A stretch of 64,000 bases of DNA from assembly GCA_951406725.2 (NCBI GenBank), contig OX597828.1:68758001-68822000 (forward strand), written 5' to 3'. A program made the translations under genes and the position numbers. The stretch comes from Octopus vulgaris (lineage: Eukaryota). The notes under the pieces are model-generated. The model did no database searches and was not told the DNA's origin. It saw nothing but the letters and a program-made list of their open reading frames with translations. This document shows, piece after piece, positions 1-14,810 of the stretch (position 1 is the first letter of the stretch; the number at the start of each line of letters is the position of its first letter).

Positions 1-188
1 AGCGATATTTCGTCTGCCGTTACGTTCTGGGTTCAAATTCCACTGAGGTCGACTTTTCCTTTCATCCTTTCGGGGTCAATTAAATAAGTACCAGTTACGC
101 ACTGGGGTCGATATAATCGACTTAACCCGTATGTCTGTCCTTGTTTGTCCTCTCTGTGTTTAGTCCCTTGTGGGTAGTAAAGAAATTG
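1..188 (+). mobile_element. tRNA-derived SINE family A (partial, window edge)
   Basis: GTTCAAATTCC B-box plus the GTCGACTTT.CCTTTCATCCTTTCGGGGTC core repeated throughout the window. Confidence 0.85.
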
Positions 189-199
189 GTAAGTATACT

Positions 200-1420
200 T
201 AGCAGCGAAAACTGAATATGTACAATAGAGAGGAAAATAGGTTGTCGTCTGACGTAGCGTTAATATCTGGATAACGGTGAGGAGTAAAAAAGTTAAAAGT
301 TTAGGGAAAGAAGAGACGATAGGCATAGATAACCATAACGGTGATAAACTGGGTCCAATCTAGATGGAGAGTCAGTACGAAAAAAAAATGGGTGTTCGGT
401 AGAGTAAGTCATAAAAAAAGTAAAAGTGATCAAAAGCGAAAAAGAGAAGAGGTTTTGTATAAGGGTACCCTGCTGGGTCTAGTTCCAAATGGCTAGGAGT
501 TAATAAGTTTTAGAGACATCAACTAGATGTGAAGATAGAAGCAGGCAGTATCGATATGGAGGTGTTAGGTTAGCAGCCTATTTGTAACGCGTTAGAAGAT
601 GAAACCAAATATAACCAAAGTTTTGAAAGCAGAAATACAGGTGAAGTTAAAAATAATTAGAAGCCCCACCAAGCAAGTGGACAAGACGTAGGTTAATTAA
701 CGCTAGGCAGAACATAGTCTATGGTAAAACTGCAGTGTTTTGAAGAATCGATGAACATAGGTGGCTATAACCTCACTTTGGCAGTTCAAAAGGCAATGGG
801 GATTATAGTTCAAGATATCAATAAATTCTTTACTATATAGATTGCATGGAATTCTTCCACTGTGACAAGGCCTTCCCGTATTAATGATCGACCAAGTTCT
901 ACTATAAGGGATGTTATTATTCCTGACACAAGGTTAGGTAGTGAGGTAGTTATGCGTTTTGCAGAAGCATATGAGGCAAGATATGGCAAAAATCGATGCC
1001 TAAAATTAAATCAAAACCCAATTATATATTTTAATGGCGTTCTGCTGTCTATTCCGCACGGTACATTTGTACATTACGATATGTATACAACAGTTGTCAT
1101 TCATGAGGCAATTACCATGAATTATTTCACAGTTGCATTTCTTTCTATCAAATACTATTACGTGATTGCCGTTAGTTGTGTTATTCTTTTAATTTCTGTC
1201 GATAGTTACAGTATTACTAACTTGTCTCGAGTGAAACGTATTATTCGATTTATTGTGCATTGTATTATTATTATTACTAGGGCTGCCAGTTCTACTTGTA
1301 CTGATATATCTGTCATTATAATTTTAAATATATTATTATCAAAGAAGATATTATTAAAGCGCGTGCTAGTTCTCAAGCTGTCGTTGTTGCTCACCTTGTC
1401 TTCATCAGCTGTTACTTAGA
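200..1420 (-). mobile_element. Possible highly decayed Penelope-like remnant
   Basis: Only traces (DK..N near 1400, TNVP near 1065 on the minus strand); weak support. Confidence 0.3.
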
Positions 1421-2164
1421 GGGGAGGGGCTTTTGGGTTTCATGACTCGCTCCTGGTAATGAGGATGGAGGAATGTTATTTGCCGGTGCATAAGTTGTCC
1501 TTGGTTTTTCTCTCGCATCAACAACCACTTCGACTTTTTTGTCAGGCCTATGTGCAAAAAGCAAAACGCATCTGTCTTGAATACTGAGTTTTAGATTTTT
1601 CTCTTAGCATCCTTTGCAGGTTATAATTCTACTTCCTTTTGTGGCGTTGCGGTGGTCATGAGAACCTGTACACCAACCTTCTGTGATTACGTGTCTTTTG
1701 TGCCATGAAGGTCACCTTCGTGTTCCCCACTTCCCAAACGTGTTAGAACCAGTTTATAGGAGGGTGTGTAGCGTAAAACGGTTATTTGCAATTTAGGGCC
1801 ACGGCCAGCAGTTTTTGGGTGGGTGTACTTACATGATATCATCTACAATAATACTTGACTGATAGATTATTTCCTTAACCCTGAAACGATGGAAAGCAAA
1901 GCTACCCTCAATGAATTTTGTGCTCAAGACTTAAAGAACCGGCACAAATACTGCAAAGATTATGTTCTAACGCTCTAACGATTATGTTAATCACCAACCC
2001 ACAAAAGAAGAATGCTGAGCGTGACGATGCCAATGATGATGGTAATAATAAAAAGGAATTGCAAGGAATGATAAGCTACAAATTCTATCAGCAATATTAT
2101 CCAACATGTGCATCTGAGAGTGTATATTTGTAGGTATGCATTTATGTATGGATTTATGTATGCA

Positions 2165-2395
<231 letters not shown>

Positions 2396-2869
2396 TTTAC
2401 AAACACACACGTAGTTATTTAGGCACAAATATGTACATGCTTTGGCGCTATCACGCACACCAATAAGTACATAGGCATTTTATGCGGTGTATGTTATTAG
2501 ATTGTTTCAGGTTACTCGTATTTACTGCCTTCTTCAATACCTAACATGATAAACTCTAGTGTAAATATTTGTAACGCACCATATAACAACAACAATAATA
2601 ATGGTTTCTTATTCAAGCACAAGGCCAGAGGTTTTGAGGGGAGAAAATATCCGATACAATATACTATACTACTTACTGGTACTTAACCTCGGTAGGACTT
2701 GAACTCAGAATTTAATGAACTAGACGAAATACCGCCAGGCATTTTGTCCAACAATCTAACTATTCTGCTATTCCAACAATAAGAATGTTCAGGATGATGA
2801 GAATGGCAACAATAATCTGTGAATAATGATGATTCACAAATACCATTATCAACATTATTCGGTAGTAAC

Positions 2870-3290
<421 letters not shown>

Positions 3291-4204
3291 ATACACACAC
3301 ATGAATACAGAAACACATGTTCATCAATACTTATACGTATATACAAATCTATATTTCTTATTTATCGGTCTGTGTATCTATCTATCTGTCTACACACACA
3401 CACACTCACACACACACACACACACACATAAATATATATATATGTGTGTGTGTGTATGTAAATATATTTACATGTATGCATATATATGCATGTTTATATA
3501 TGTACATATAATATACATATGTATGCACGCACACACACGCGTATAAAACAGCGTACACAGACTAATATACGAATAAAAATAACCCGGATGTATCTAAAAA
3601 ATGGTGTATAGAAAAATATTATTAATAAGACTCCAAAGTAAACAAGTAATTGTTGCATGAAAGTAATAACAATGCAGAAGGGATCCATTTTGTTTTATGT
3701 GTGTTCGTTGTCGATGTTATTGCTGTTGTTTTCGATGTCGTTCCGCCATTGCTCTCCTTGGTTCTGATAGTTCTTCTTTCCTTCTCTTACAGTTATCAAA
3801 TATATTCCTATCTCTTTGGTTTTTATTTATTTTGTTTAATTCTAGGCAGGAAACTAACATATATCATAGACTTGAAAGCGCTTTATATATTTTCTCTCAT
3901 AAAATGGCGTGGCGCTAATAGTCGAGAGCATAAAAATATGAAGCTTCTTTGGCAAATTAATAATGATTACCTGTTCAGGTGCAATGGCTGCCGCATCATT
4001 AAAATTGTAAAGAACTAGTGAATTCCATAGAAATGTCATTAGTACTATTTGGTTGGTACTTCTTTTATCGACCCAGGAAGATTAAAAAAGATGAAAAGGC
4101 GAAATCAACCGGTAGAAGTTCAAACGTTACAACATGGACGAACGTTGACGCAGTACTGAAAATGCATTTAGTCCGGCTCTCAGGAGGTTTAGTTGTTCCA
4201 TATT

Positions 4205-4256
<52 letters not shown>

Positions 4257-4286
4257 TAATAATGATGATGATGATAATAACAATAA

Positions 4287-4667
4287 AAAGATCTTGAAAT
4301 AGAAATCAGCAAAATGTGGAACCTGAAGACTAAAACAATACCTGTTGTCATAGGTGCCCCGGGAATGATAGCAAAAGGGGCTGATTGCTACATATCTCAG
4401 ATACCAGGAAACCCCAAAATAGCAGAAATTCAAAAGATAGTGCTCATATCCTACGCAAAATACTTTCTATGTAATCTCAAGTTTTAAAACAAACAGCATT
4501 TTCGTATGTTTTTTTTTAGACATTCACTAGTACAACACTAAGTACAAGACCAAATATATGGCACCCTAGGCATAACACCAGCACGAACTTCCAACCTGTT
4601 GTCTCTTGGGGTCTCTGGGTGAGACTTGGAGCCAACTTGTACAAATGTAAAGCAAAAGTCAAACATA

Positions 4668-4668
<1 letters not shown>
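4287..4668 (+). mobile_element. Short 3' fragment of a second Dong/R4-like subfamily
   Basis: DLEIEISKMWNLKTKTIPVVIGA is homologous to the neighbouring copy; different 3' UTR; lies between (AAT)n arrays. Confidence 0.8.
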
Positions 4669-4760
<92 letters not shown>

Positions 4761-4779
4761 GAAGAAGAAGAAGAAGATG

Positions 4780-5730
4780 AGGAAATAACAAAAGCTATAA
4801 AACAAATGAAATCCAAACTAAAAATAGAACAGCAAAGAACCATGATAAAATGATGGCAAGAAAAGCCCCTTCATGGCAAATACTGGACTAAACTAAATGC
4901 AAAAGAAATAGACAAAGAAAAATCCCAACAATGGTTGAGAAGCTCAGGACTCAAAGCAGAGGCAGAGGGATTTTTAATTGCAGCACAAGACCAAAGCCTC
5001 CCCACCAGAAATTACCAAAAACATGTAATGAAAAGAAATATAACAAGTAACTGCAGAATATGTGGAGATGGACAAGAAACAATAAATCATATTATCTCTG
5101 GCTGCCCAGTCCTGGCTAAGAAGGAATATATTCACAGACACAACAGAGTTGGGACCTATATACACTGGAAACTATGCACTGGAAACTATGGAAACATTAT
5201 GGAATAACAACAGAAAAAAGATGGTATAGGCACACACCAGAAAAGGTCACAGAAAACTAGAAAGCAACCATACTCTGGGATATGCCAATACACACAGATA
5301 GAGAAATTAAGGCCAACAGACCAGTTATAGTTGTCAGAGATCATGAAGAAAAAAAATGTTTTCGAATTGATGTATCAATACCAGCGGATGACAACGTGTC
5401 TCTAAAAGAAATGGAGAAACTTTCAAAATACAAAGACCTGGAAATAGAGGTAACCAGAATGTGGAATCTAAAAACAGAAACAATTCCTCTCATAATAGGT
5501 GCATTAGGCATGATAAAAAAATATTCAAACAAATACATAACAAAAACACTAGGACTTACAAACACATATAACATACAGAAAATTGCACTAGTAGGCACTG
5601 CACACATCCTACGCAGAACACTTTCCATACAGTAACCACCAGAGCATCACAACAAATCACAGCACATACCCAAGGCACACAGAGCTGCGCTCGGTAGTGA
5701 AGTGAAAGCGCGATATAAAAAAATATACTA

Positions 5731-5733
<3 letters not shown>
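4780..5733 (+). mobile_element. 3' part of a Dong/R4-like non-LTR retrotransposon (zinc knuckle + restriction-like endonuclease)
   Basis: CRICGDGQETINHIISGC, HRHN, ILWDMPIHTD, NRP(V)IVV, IDVSIP, EKLSKYKDL; frameshift and stop near 5170-5260; flanked by (AAT)n on both sides. Confidence 0.88.
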
Positions 5734-5805
<72 letters not shown>

Positions 5806-6237
5806 CCTTTCGACTATAGGCACAAGGCCTAAATTTCATGAAAGGATAAATCGACATCATCGTCACCTGTGCCTACTGGTACTTGTTTTTGCCGACTTCG
5901 ACATGGTGAAAGGCAGTCGCCAGAATTAGAATTTGATCTGAGAACGTAAAGACAGACGAAATGCCGCCAAGCATTTTGCCTGGCGCGTTGACGATTTTGA
6001 CCGCTCGCTAACTTAATAATAAATGGTTTCAGATATTTGGCACATGGCCAGCAATGTTTAGGTGAGGAATTAAGTGGTATCATCGATCATAGTACTCGAC
6101 TGGTATTTATTTCATCAAACCTGAAAGGATGAAAGGAAGAGTTCACTTCTAGGGAATTTGAACTTGGAACGTAAAGAGCCGGAAGAAATGCTGCTACCCA
6201 TTTGTCCGACGCGCTAACAATTCTGGTAGCTTGCTGC
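5806..6237 (-). mobile_element. Two diverged SINE-A copies
   Basis: Reverse complement of the SINE-A head and core, twice. Confidence 0.7.
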
Positions 6238-6564
6238 GTTATGTTTCCAAATTTTGTCATAAGTCCAACTATTTTGAGTGGACTGACACACGCAAAAGGC
6301 GTTTCCTCTCAACGCCTTTATCATATTTCTTTTACATACTTGCAGCAACCAGGGCGTCAAAGACATCATCACTATCTCTCTCCTTTTTTCTCACTGACCA
6401 GTGAGGAGAAGGGAGAGACTAATTACTCCTCACAGCAGTTGAAAGTACAGAAATCATTTACGAATGGTCTATGATTAATAAAGCCGTAGTGTGGAATACG
6501 CATACACACAGATGTGTGTGTGCATGCATGTATGCATTTATATATGTAATGTGTATACTCACAC

Positions 6565-6611
<47 letters not shown>

Positions 6612-6848
6612 CATACATACATACATATATAAGCAACAAGTATATGCAAGATAGAGTAGTACAATTGTTTCATGCTACTTCATTTCATTAAACATGTAGC
6701 ATGAAACGATTGTACCACACTACCTTGGATATCCTTGTTGCTTATTTTGATTATAATCACCCCATTTGATTTATATGGATAATACCGTACTAAATTCTGG
6801 TGCCTTTAACTTAAGTACCATATTCATCTGAATTTAAATTTTGATGAA

Positions 6849-6890
<42 letters not shown>

Positions 6891-6966
6891 GTGGAAGTGA
6901 AAAGTAAGAAGACAGTTAAAGGTATATATTTTATAGACTAGTAGGAATCACTTATAGGAACTAAAA

Positions 6967-7003
<37 letters not shown>

Positions 7004-7438
7004 GGTGCTGGCGTTACTGTGTGGTAATAGGTTTCCTTTCCACCAATATGGTTCCGGGTTCATTCCAACTTCGTGGCACCTTGGAAACATAGCTTTGTGA
7101 GTGATTTAGGTATACGGAAACGGAAATAAGCTCTTCGGATTATATATATATATCATATGCTCTCATTATATGCAGGGCAAATTTTAGCCATTTCTCTACA
7201 GACTGAAAAACAATGAACCCTAATCGATTTTCATCGATTATCAAACCTTTTTGGGTTCTCATCACAGGCTTCCACATCATTCTGACAGTCTCCAGGGAAA
7301 TAAGTAGCCAAACTGTTTATAAATTCATCAAATGCAGCAGTTACTCTATGAAGGAGTCCCTAATTTGCATATCGAAAGTGTTCAACTTTCTATAAATACC
7401 AGCGGCTTGTCAACGGGGACCATATTCCACGCAGTATC

Positions 7439-7489
<51 letters not shown>

Positions 7490-8742
7490 AGTTAAACGCA
7501 GGTGTTTTTCAAATCTTTATATTTCCGACATTTTTTGCGAAGAAAACATTGATATTATTCCTGAAGGAATAAAATAATGTAAAACAATGCAAACTTCACA
7601 TCAGGGAAAAACAGAGAAACAAAGCACACCAATAAGACATTTTAACTGAATGTCATTACTCTATATATGACGAAGGAAACGCTGGAACGTTATTTAAAAA
7701 AAAAACCGTTAATAGATGTAACGCCAAAGACAATTTATAGAAAGAGAAGAAGGAGGAGGAAAGAAAATAGCAGAAAAGTAGAAGTGGTGAAATATAGTGC
7801 GATAGGTGATTAGGAATAGAGATTAAAGGCACGGAAATAGATATATTTAGTGGAAGTGAAAAGTAAGAAGACAGTTGAAAGTCGAATTTTATAGACTGAT
7901 AGGAATCACTTATAGGAACTAAAGGTATGTTTTTGCCAATGTTTGCAACGATAAACGCTTTATTTAAAGGTGTTTACAAGAGGATTCTCTGATAACAGGA
8001 TGAAATACAGTTCATCGTTACAGACCAAAAGAAAAGATTTACCTCTAGCACAAGGGAAGGATGTAGATAGAACATTCCATTCCAAATCAAATTGTTTATT
8101 ATGTTCCTTTAGAGACCAAATTTATTTACTAAGCCCAGTATTGTTACGTTTATTAATATGTCTAAATGTAGAGTAATAACTAGATATTTTTTGGACAACT
8201 GAGATGAAGAACTACCTATTCAAAAAAAGACGTCAGAAGCGGTAGTAATTTTACATTGATAGTGTTTCTAGTTTTAGAATTACTGCTAAGGAAACGAATG
8301 CTATTGGAACCTATATCAGAAATACTAATGTTGTTGCTATATTATTCAAAGAATGGTTAGTCATGGTGTCTATGTTGACTGGTGATACAGTATGGGCAGA
8401 TTTTCGAAATCCAATGAATTTCTATACAGTTATGAAATTTTACAAATACACTTTCTCAGGGAGATATGATATACCTATTATAATGAGTAATACTACGTGT
8501 ACTTTTCATATTTTTTATAGTGTGAAGTAACTCTTTGGAATAACAATGTATGCGGCTGAAGAGAGCTTTAAACCATCTTTTATATCTATTATACACTGAT
8601 GTAATGAACAGGTCGTTTATAAATCTAGAAACACGTGTACCACGATATCATTTGTGTTCTGTTATTGATTTTATTTGATATATTCTCTCTCACCTCATCC
8701 AGGTGCTTACACTTATCAAGTATTCACCCTAAATTTGCAGTA

Positions 8743-8797
<55 letters not shown>

Positions 8798-8804
8798 CAC
8801 AATA

Positions 8805-9160
8805 TATCTTCTTAATATATAAAATCTGTTCTGTCTGTGTGTTTGTTCGCTTATAACTCGAGTATTTTTCATCCGGTCGCGCTGTAATTTTAAACATGGA
8901 TACATGAGCGTTCCGTAATTTAAAAAGATTTTCAAAATCGTTAGTTTCAAAGTGAGAATTGCTATTTTTGTAATCTTTGATGTCCTGTTTGTTCCGCCAT
9001 TAAAACAACCCGTTGCTTAGACAGTCGGCACATAACCATTTCGCTAGCAACAAGGGGAGTACGGGATGAGAGTCAGCCAAAACCGTCGCTATGCTGTCTC
9101 TCTTCACTCCTCTCTCTGTGGGGTTAATAATCTTAATCTTTAGTTATAGTTTTTCATTCA
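8805..9160 (+). mobile_element. Helitron-like 5' fragment
   Basis: TCTT..TATATAAAATCTGTTCTGTCTGTGTGTTTGTTC start resembling the other Helitron copies; 3' end not recognised. Confidence 0.4.
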
Positions 9161-9607
9161 AAGTACATAATAGGCAGAATTGTCGGATTAAGACAGTAGG
9201 GTGTTTTGAGGGAAATTTGGCAGCTATTTCTACTAGGTCTTACGTCTGTATTCTTATATGACATACTGTCCTATATTACATTCCTTATGCTTTCCAAAAC
9301 CGAGTTACAGATTTTGACTTATGGGGTGTCAAAGCATTCAGTACTATTTTGGCTACAAATTAAATTTTATTTCTATTCACATATTTGCATTTCAAATAAT
9401 CTTCCATAAATCAATTATGTAAAAATTTCATACGATGACGTCACATTTTCGATATGTGTGTGTGTGTACCTTAAAAGTCGTCAATCACGACACACACCTT
9501 CCCTCACTCACGATATCTCTCTTTCTCGCCCTCTTTCTCTGTCACACAATATATATATCTTATATATCTATATTATATATATATATATATATATAATATA
9601 CATACAT

Positions 9608-9671
<64 letters not shown>

Positions 9672-9971
9672 CTGGTGAAAGTGCAATTGTGGAAAGCCAA
9701 CCTTGAGGCTAAGAAAATTATGAAGAATTATGACTTACTGATAAATACCGAACTCCTTGATCCCAAACAACCGCATTTTATTTTATTTTAAAAGATCACA
9801 AACAAATTTTTTTAATAACCCTTAGCAAAAATATTCTACATAAATAAATTCCTATCTTAGTTAAAAAAAAACAAAAACTAAAGTTAAATTTATGGTCTAA
9901 TCGTTCCAAGTGGTCGACTGGTTTAATTCTATTAAGTCCACTAAGATTATCCCATTCTGTCAATATGCATG

Positions 9972-10360
9972 CATACATACATACATACATACATACATAC
10001 ATACATACATACATACATACATACATACATACATACATACATACATACATACATACATACATACATACATACATACATACATACATACATACATACATAA
10101 ATACATACATACATACATACATACATACATACATACATACATGCATACATACATACATACATACATACATACATACATACATACATACATACATACATAC
10201 ATACATACATGCATACATACATACATACATACATACATACATACATACATACATACATACATACATACATGCATACATACATACATACATACATACATAC
10301 ATACATACATACATACATACATACATACATACATGCATACATACATACATATATATATAT
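9972..10360. repeat. (CATA)n microsatellite
   Basis: Direct inspection. Confidence 0.97.
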
Positions 10361-10365
10361 TTATA

Positions 10366-10640
10366 AGGCGAGTTTAGCGAAATTTCGTCTGTTATTACTT
10401 TCTGAGGTCAAATTCCGCCGAGATCGAATTTACTTTTCATCCTTTCGGGGGTCGATAAATTAAGTACCAGGTGCGTACTGGGGTCGATCTAATCGTCTGT
10501 CTCCTTCCCCCCAAATTTCGGGCCTTGTGCCTAGAGTAGAAAAGAATATTTTAAGGCGGCGAGTTGGCAGAAATGTTAACTTAAATGCCATTTGCGTATT
10601 GGGTTTGATCTAATCGACTGGTCCTCTCCCCCAAAATTTC
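10366..10640 (+). mobile_element. SINE-A (one copy plus a partial)
   Basis: Family A core and tail. Confidence 0.8.
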
Positions 10641-10748
10641 TGAACCTGCATGTTTCTTAGCGCAATACGAAATATGTACACACACACACACACATACACA
10701 CACATACATGTGTATAGGTATGGATATAGTATGTATATATCTATAAGC

Positions 10749-10782
<34 letters not shown>

Positions 10783-10845
10783 GTTTATACATAAATATAT
10801 ATATGTGTATATTTATGTATATGCCCACATATTTATTTGTGTGAG

Positions 10846-10891
<46 letters not shown>

Positions 10892-11087
10892 TACACACAA
10901 CAACAAAACTATGAATGAGCTGATAATTCTAAGCCCATTGCTAATGCAGATATACACACACATTTATAGTACGTTGCATTATAATATAAATATTGTATGA
11001 GTATAGCTTTTTCAACTTCTTAAATCTGTTTTTCTGTTGCCATAATTCTTTGTGAACTTGTGTTTCTTTTATTTCCATGCTTGACAG

Positions 11088-11093
11088 AATGTG
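11088..11093 (+). CDS. Micro-exon 1 (6 nt, AATGTG = N-V in phase 0) of a putative micro-exon gene
   Basis: tgtttcttttatttccatgcttgacAG|AATGTG|GTAAGT: pyrimidine tract, AG, consensus donor; length 3n. Confidence 0.7.
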
Positions 11094-11256
11094 GTAAGTA
11101 AATTTTTCGTTTTTCTCAGATATAAAATCCTTTTTATGATCTTTGCTCGGGGGAAGCTGTGTGAAAAACTGACGTTAGCATGCATGCATGCATGCATGCA
11201 TCCATACATACATAGGAGTATGTATGGATGGATACATAGATACATACGTGTATGTA

Positions 11257-11287
<31 letters not shown>

Positions 11288-11435
11288 TTGTGTGTGTGTA
11301 TGTGTTGATACATGTAGACAAGCGTATGCTTTTTTTTAATGGAGCATTCATAAGCATGCACTCACAAATTTATATAATACATTAATATATACACACATAC
11401 ACACGTATATGTGTGTGTGGGTACAAAGCACATAT

Positions 11436-11480
<45 letters not shown>

Positions 11481-11506
11481 CATACATACACACACACACA
11501 TGTATA

Positions 11507-11810
11507 TAGGCGCAGAAACCTGAACCACATGGATCGGGTTCAGTCCCACTGTGTGGCACCTTGGGCAAGTGTCTTCTACTATAGCATCAGGCCGACCAGA
11601 GCCTTTGTGAGTGGATTTCGTAGACGGAAGCTGAAAGAAGCCCTGCGTGTATATATGTGTATGTGTGAGTGTGTGTGCGTTTATGCCTGACTTTGTCACC
11701 CCCATTACCGCTTGACAACCCGTGTTAGTGTGCTTACTTCCTCGTAAATTAGTGGCTTGGCAAATGATACCGAATAATAAGTCGTGGGGTTGATTTGTTC
11801 GAAATACTTG
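11507..11810 (+). mobile_element. SINE family B (CORE-like)
   Basis: GGGTTCAGTCCCACTG.GTGGCACCTTGGGCAAGTG; internal (TG)n. Confidence 0.8.
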
Positions 11811-12373
11811 ATGTATCTGAAATAAACACACACGCACCACACACACATGCACGTGTCTCAGATATTAATATAAGGATATATATTTTATTTATATGTATAT
11901 AGTCCTTTTGTAATAGTTTGCTCACATATTGACATATATATTTATTTTAAGTGACGAAACTTTTGTTTCCAAATTGTATGTCTCTGTAGTTATGAATCCT
12001 TATATAGAAGTGTATGCGTTTATAAAATGCTAAATGTTCTATATTTATATGTGTGCGTCTATAGTAATGTTTATTTTTATCATGATATTCGTGTATCCAT
12101 ATAGCGTAGACCCTCTATGTTCTGCGAGGAAGAACCAACGAGGCCGTTCGCTTTGTTAGAAATAACCTTCTAATTTCCTTTAACTTACTGTCAATAATCA
12201 TAAAAATGAAAATACAGATATTAAATAGTGTAGTCCTGGACCCGCACTCAAATTCGATGGTATCTTCAAGGCTGGAGTCCTTTGAACGTAAGTCAACCTG
12301 ACCAAGATCGACAATAACAGCAACATGAATTTACATGAATATCAGTTCATTCGTATTCTTTCTGGGCAAGACA

Positions 12374-12743
12374 TCTCTATATATACAAACGGCAAAATGT
12401 CTGTCTGTGTGTGTGTGTCCTTTATACAAATCCACTATTTTTCAGTTAGAGGGCTTGCACTTTCTATGGTTATTCAAAACCGTCCAAGGGTGGTCGTGCA
12501 CATCTTTACATTTCCCCAGTCACCCCGCAAACCCATTAAAAGATAAATAGAAGTGACTTTTTTGTGAATTTTTTATCCAAAACCCAATCAAAATGCCCGA
12601 AACTTGATACGCTAATTGAATGCCAGCTATCTGTATGTGATTGGTCGGAGATTTGGACAGTACTCGCGTGTATGTGTGCACGCACGCAGCTGTATATGCA
12701 TGCACTAGCATTATGATCTGGCAACGCCGGGTCATAGTGCTAG
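12374..12743 (+). mobile_element. Non-autonomous Helitron-like element, copy 1
   Basis: A|TC start, CTAG|T end, subterminal GC-rich hairpin, no TSD; highly similar to 18561-18926. Confidence 0.8.
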
Positions 12744-12924
12744 TTTAATATAAAACGTTAGAGAATAGGAAATTCATCTTTTCATCTATTATTTGTTTCA
12801 GTCATCGTAGTCGCTGATCAAACGGAAATGGAAGACATCACACATATGATATATATCTTTGTGATATGATGGTAGTTCCTTCGTGCTCGGAGCTTATGAG
12901 ATCGGCACGTCGTCAAGTGGCTAC

Positions 12925-13170
12925 ATAATGGATACATTGAAACTCTGACGTCTGGCAGCTGACTTAGCAGACACCCATAAAATTATTAACCATCTTACAA
13001 ACAATAACTCTGAGCACCTTTTCAATCTCCACCTCTCTAACACCCGTGGACATGTTTACAAAGTCAGAAAACAGCACAGCTCCCATGACTTTCGGAAACA
13101 TTTTTTCACGCTAAGAGTTGCTGAAGCATGGAACAAACTGCCAGCATCAGTTGTTAGTTGTAGGAGCCTG
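12925..13170 (+). mobile_element. CR1-group LINE 3' fragment
   Basis: Encodes ...ADLADTHKII...RGH.YKV...DFRKHFFTLRVAEAWNKLP. Confidence 0.75.
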
Positions 13171-14396
13171 GGAAATGCTACTTTAGATTGACATTATTTG
13201 TAAGACAGAAGACTAGGTGGTTAAAAATGCGGAAATCTTGTTCAAAAGGATGCTGAATCGAAGTCAACGCTAGATGAAGCAACACCTTACAAACCAACGA
13301 TAGATGTAGAAGAAATAATAAGCAAATTCATTACAAGTTACTATCTACTTTCTCTCAGTTCCAGACACGCTATGAACTAACTGAATCTGCGTCAGTTTCG
13401 CGATAACTATTCCAGTTGTTCGATCAATTGGCCTGGAGTACAGAGTAAATTGGTGATTCTTGTTTCCTTCACGCAATTCATAAGAAGAATAAGAGTGATA
13501 AAGTGTGTGCCAAAGCTGTACCTTTGAATTACAGTGATAGTCCACTTACATGGCATGGACTGACCTGAGGCTATTTTAGAAGATATTTGCCCAAAACACC
13601 ACGCTGCGAGATCGAAATAGGGATCTCGTGATTGAGAACTTAATTCTGCCATACTTGCGCCCAGATAAACTGTTTGGGAATAAGTGGTGGGGGAGATAAA
13701 AACTAAATAATTAGGGCTGAAACGTCCTCATCAAGAACTGCCTGGTCATGATTGACACCAGGTTAATATCGAACCAACGAGGAAGCCAGTACGCTCAGCG
13801 TACTCGACTTATTAGAAATAGTTACCAAATCTCCCAGTTAATACCCTACCATCTTAAAAAGAGAACACGTTGGATAAAATAATCTGGGGATAAATGATAT
13901 CTTTAAACTATAGCTACAAGATTACTCAATCTGTGCTCACTCAGAGGCCAAACAACAATAAAAATTACAAAAAGCAAGATGACAACAGAAAAAAAAAACT
14001 CGCATAGTGTTTGACCGAATTTTCTTGTACCAATTACCTGTGCATCCAGATGAATGTTTACTAAATATTTTCTCCAATCAACTAGATGTCACACACACTT
14101 GATAGAATTTCGGCCAACAATTAAAAATCAATGCGGATTCCGAATTGGTTGCGCAATTTTCAATGGAAAGGTCGAATATCATTTCTGAATCGTCTTATTA
14201 TCCGTCAAGTTATAGATTCTGTACAAACTGTTAAGTCAAAATATTATTCTGATTCTAATATTGTAAACGAGAACGTTTTTCACTTCATTAAATATTTGTT
14301 ATTGCATATTCTTTGCTTACCAAGTGCTTTTAATGCTTAATCTTCTTGCAATATACAGATGCATATACGTGGCATGTATGCATGCACGTATATGTG

Positions 14397-14664
14397 TGAC
14401 TTTCGGAAACATTTTTTCACGCTAAGAGTTGCTGAAGCATGGAACAGACTACCGGCATCAGTTGTTAGTTGTCGGAGTACTGCATCCTTCAAATCTTCCA
14501 TGCTTCCTGAGATTCGCCAACACTACACCTGATTTTCCCCCCTCCATACACAGACAAGCATGACTCATACACTGTTTGCTTTCCAGACATTTGTACATTA
14601 CTGCATATGCTTTATACGCACTTTTGACAAGTTGTGGTGCACCTGAGCACTGTATACAATAATT

Positions 14665-14741
<77 letters not shown>

Positions 14742-14757
14742 GTTGTTGTTGTTGTTG

Positions 14758-14810
<53 letters not shown>
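14397..14810 (+). mobile_element. CR1-group LINE extreme 3' end with (ATT)n tail
   Basis: Near-identical to 13086-13160 (DFRKHFFTLRVAEAWNRLP), then 3' UTR and a trinucleotide array. Confidence 0.75.

Noticed and set aside
165-189. AG|25 nt|GTAAGT
   Set aside because: Lies within a SINE-A tail and is not 3n
862-1419. 185-aa plus-strand ORF
   Set aside because: No recognisable domain; probably the antisense frame of a decayed retroelement
7916-7924. AG|GAACTAAAG|GTATGT (9 nt)
   Set aside because: No pyrimidine tract; part of an 80-bp local duplication (also near 6890-6968, where the donor is absent)
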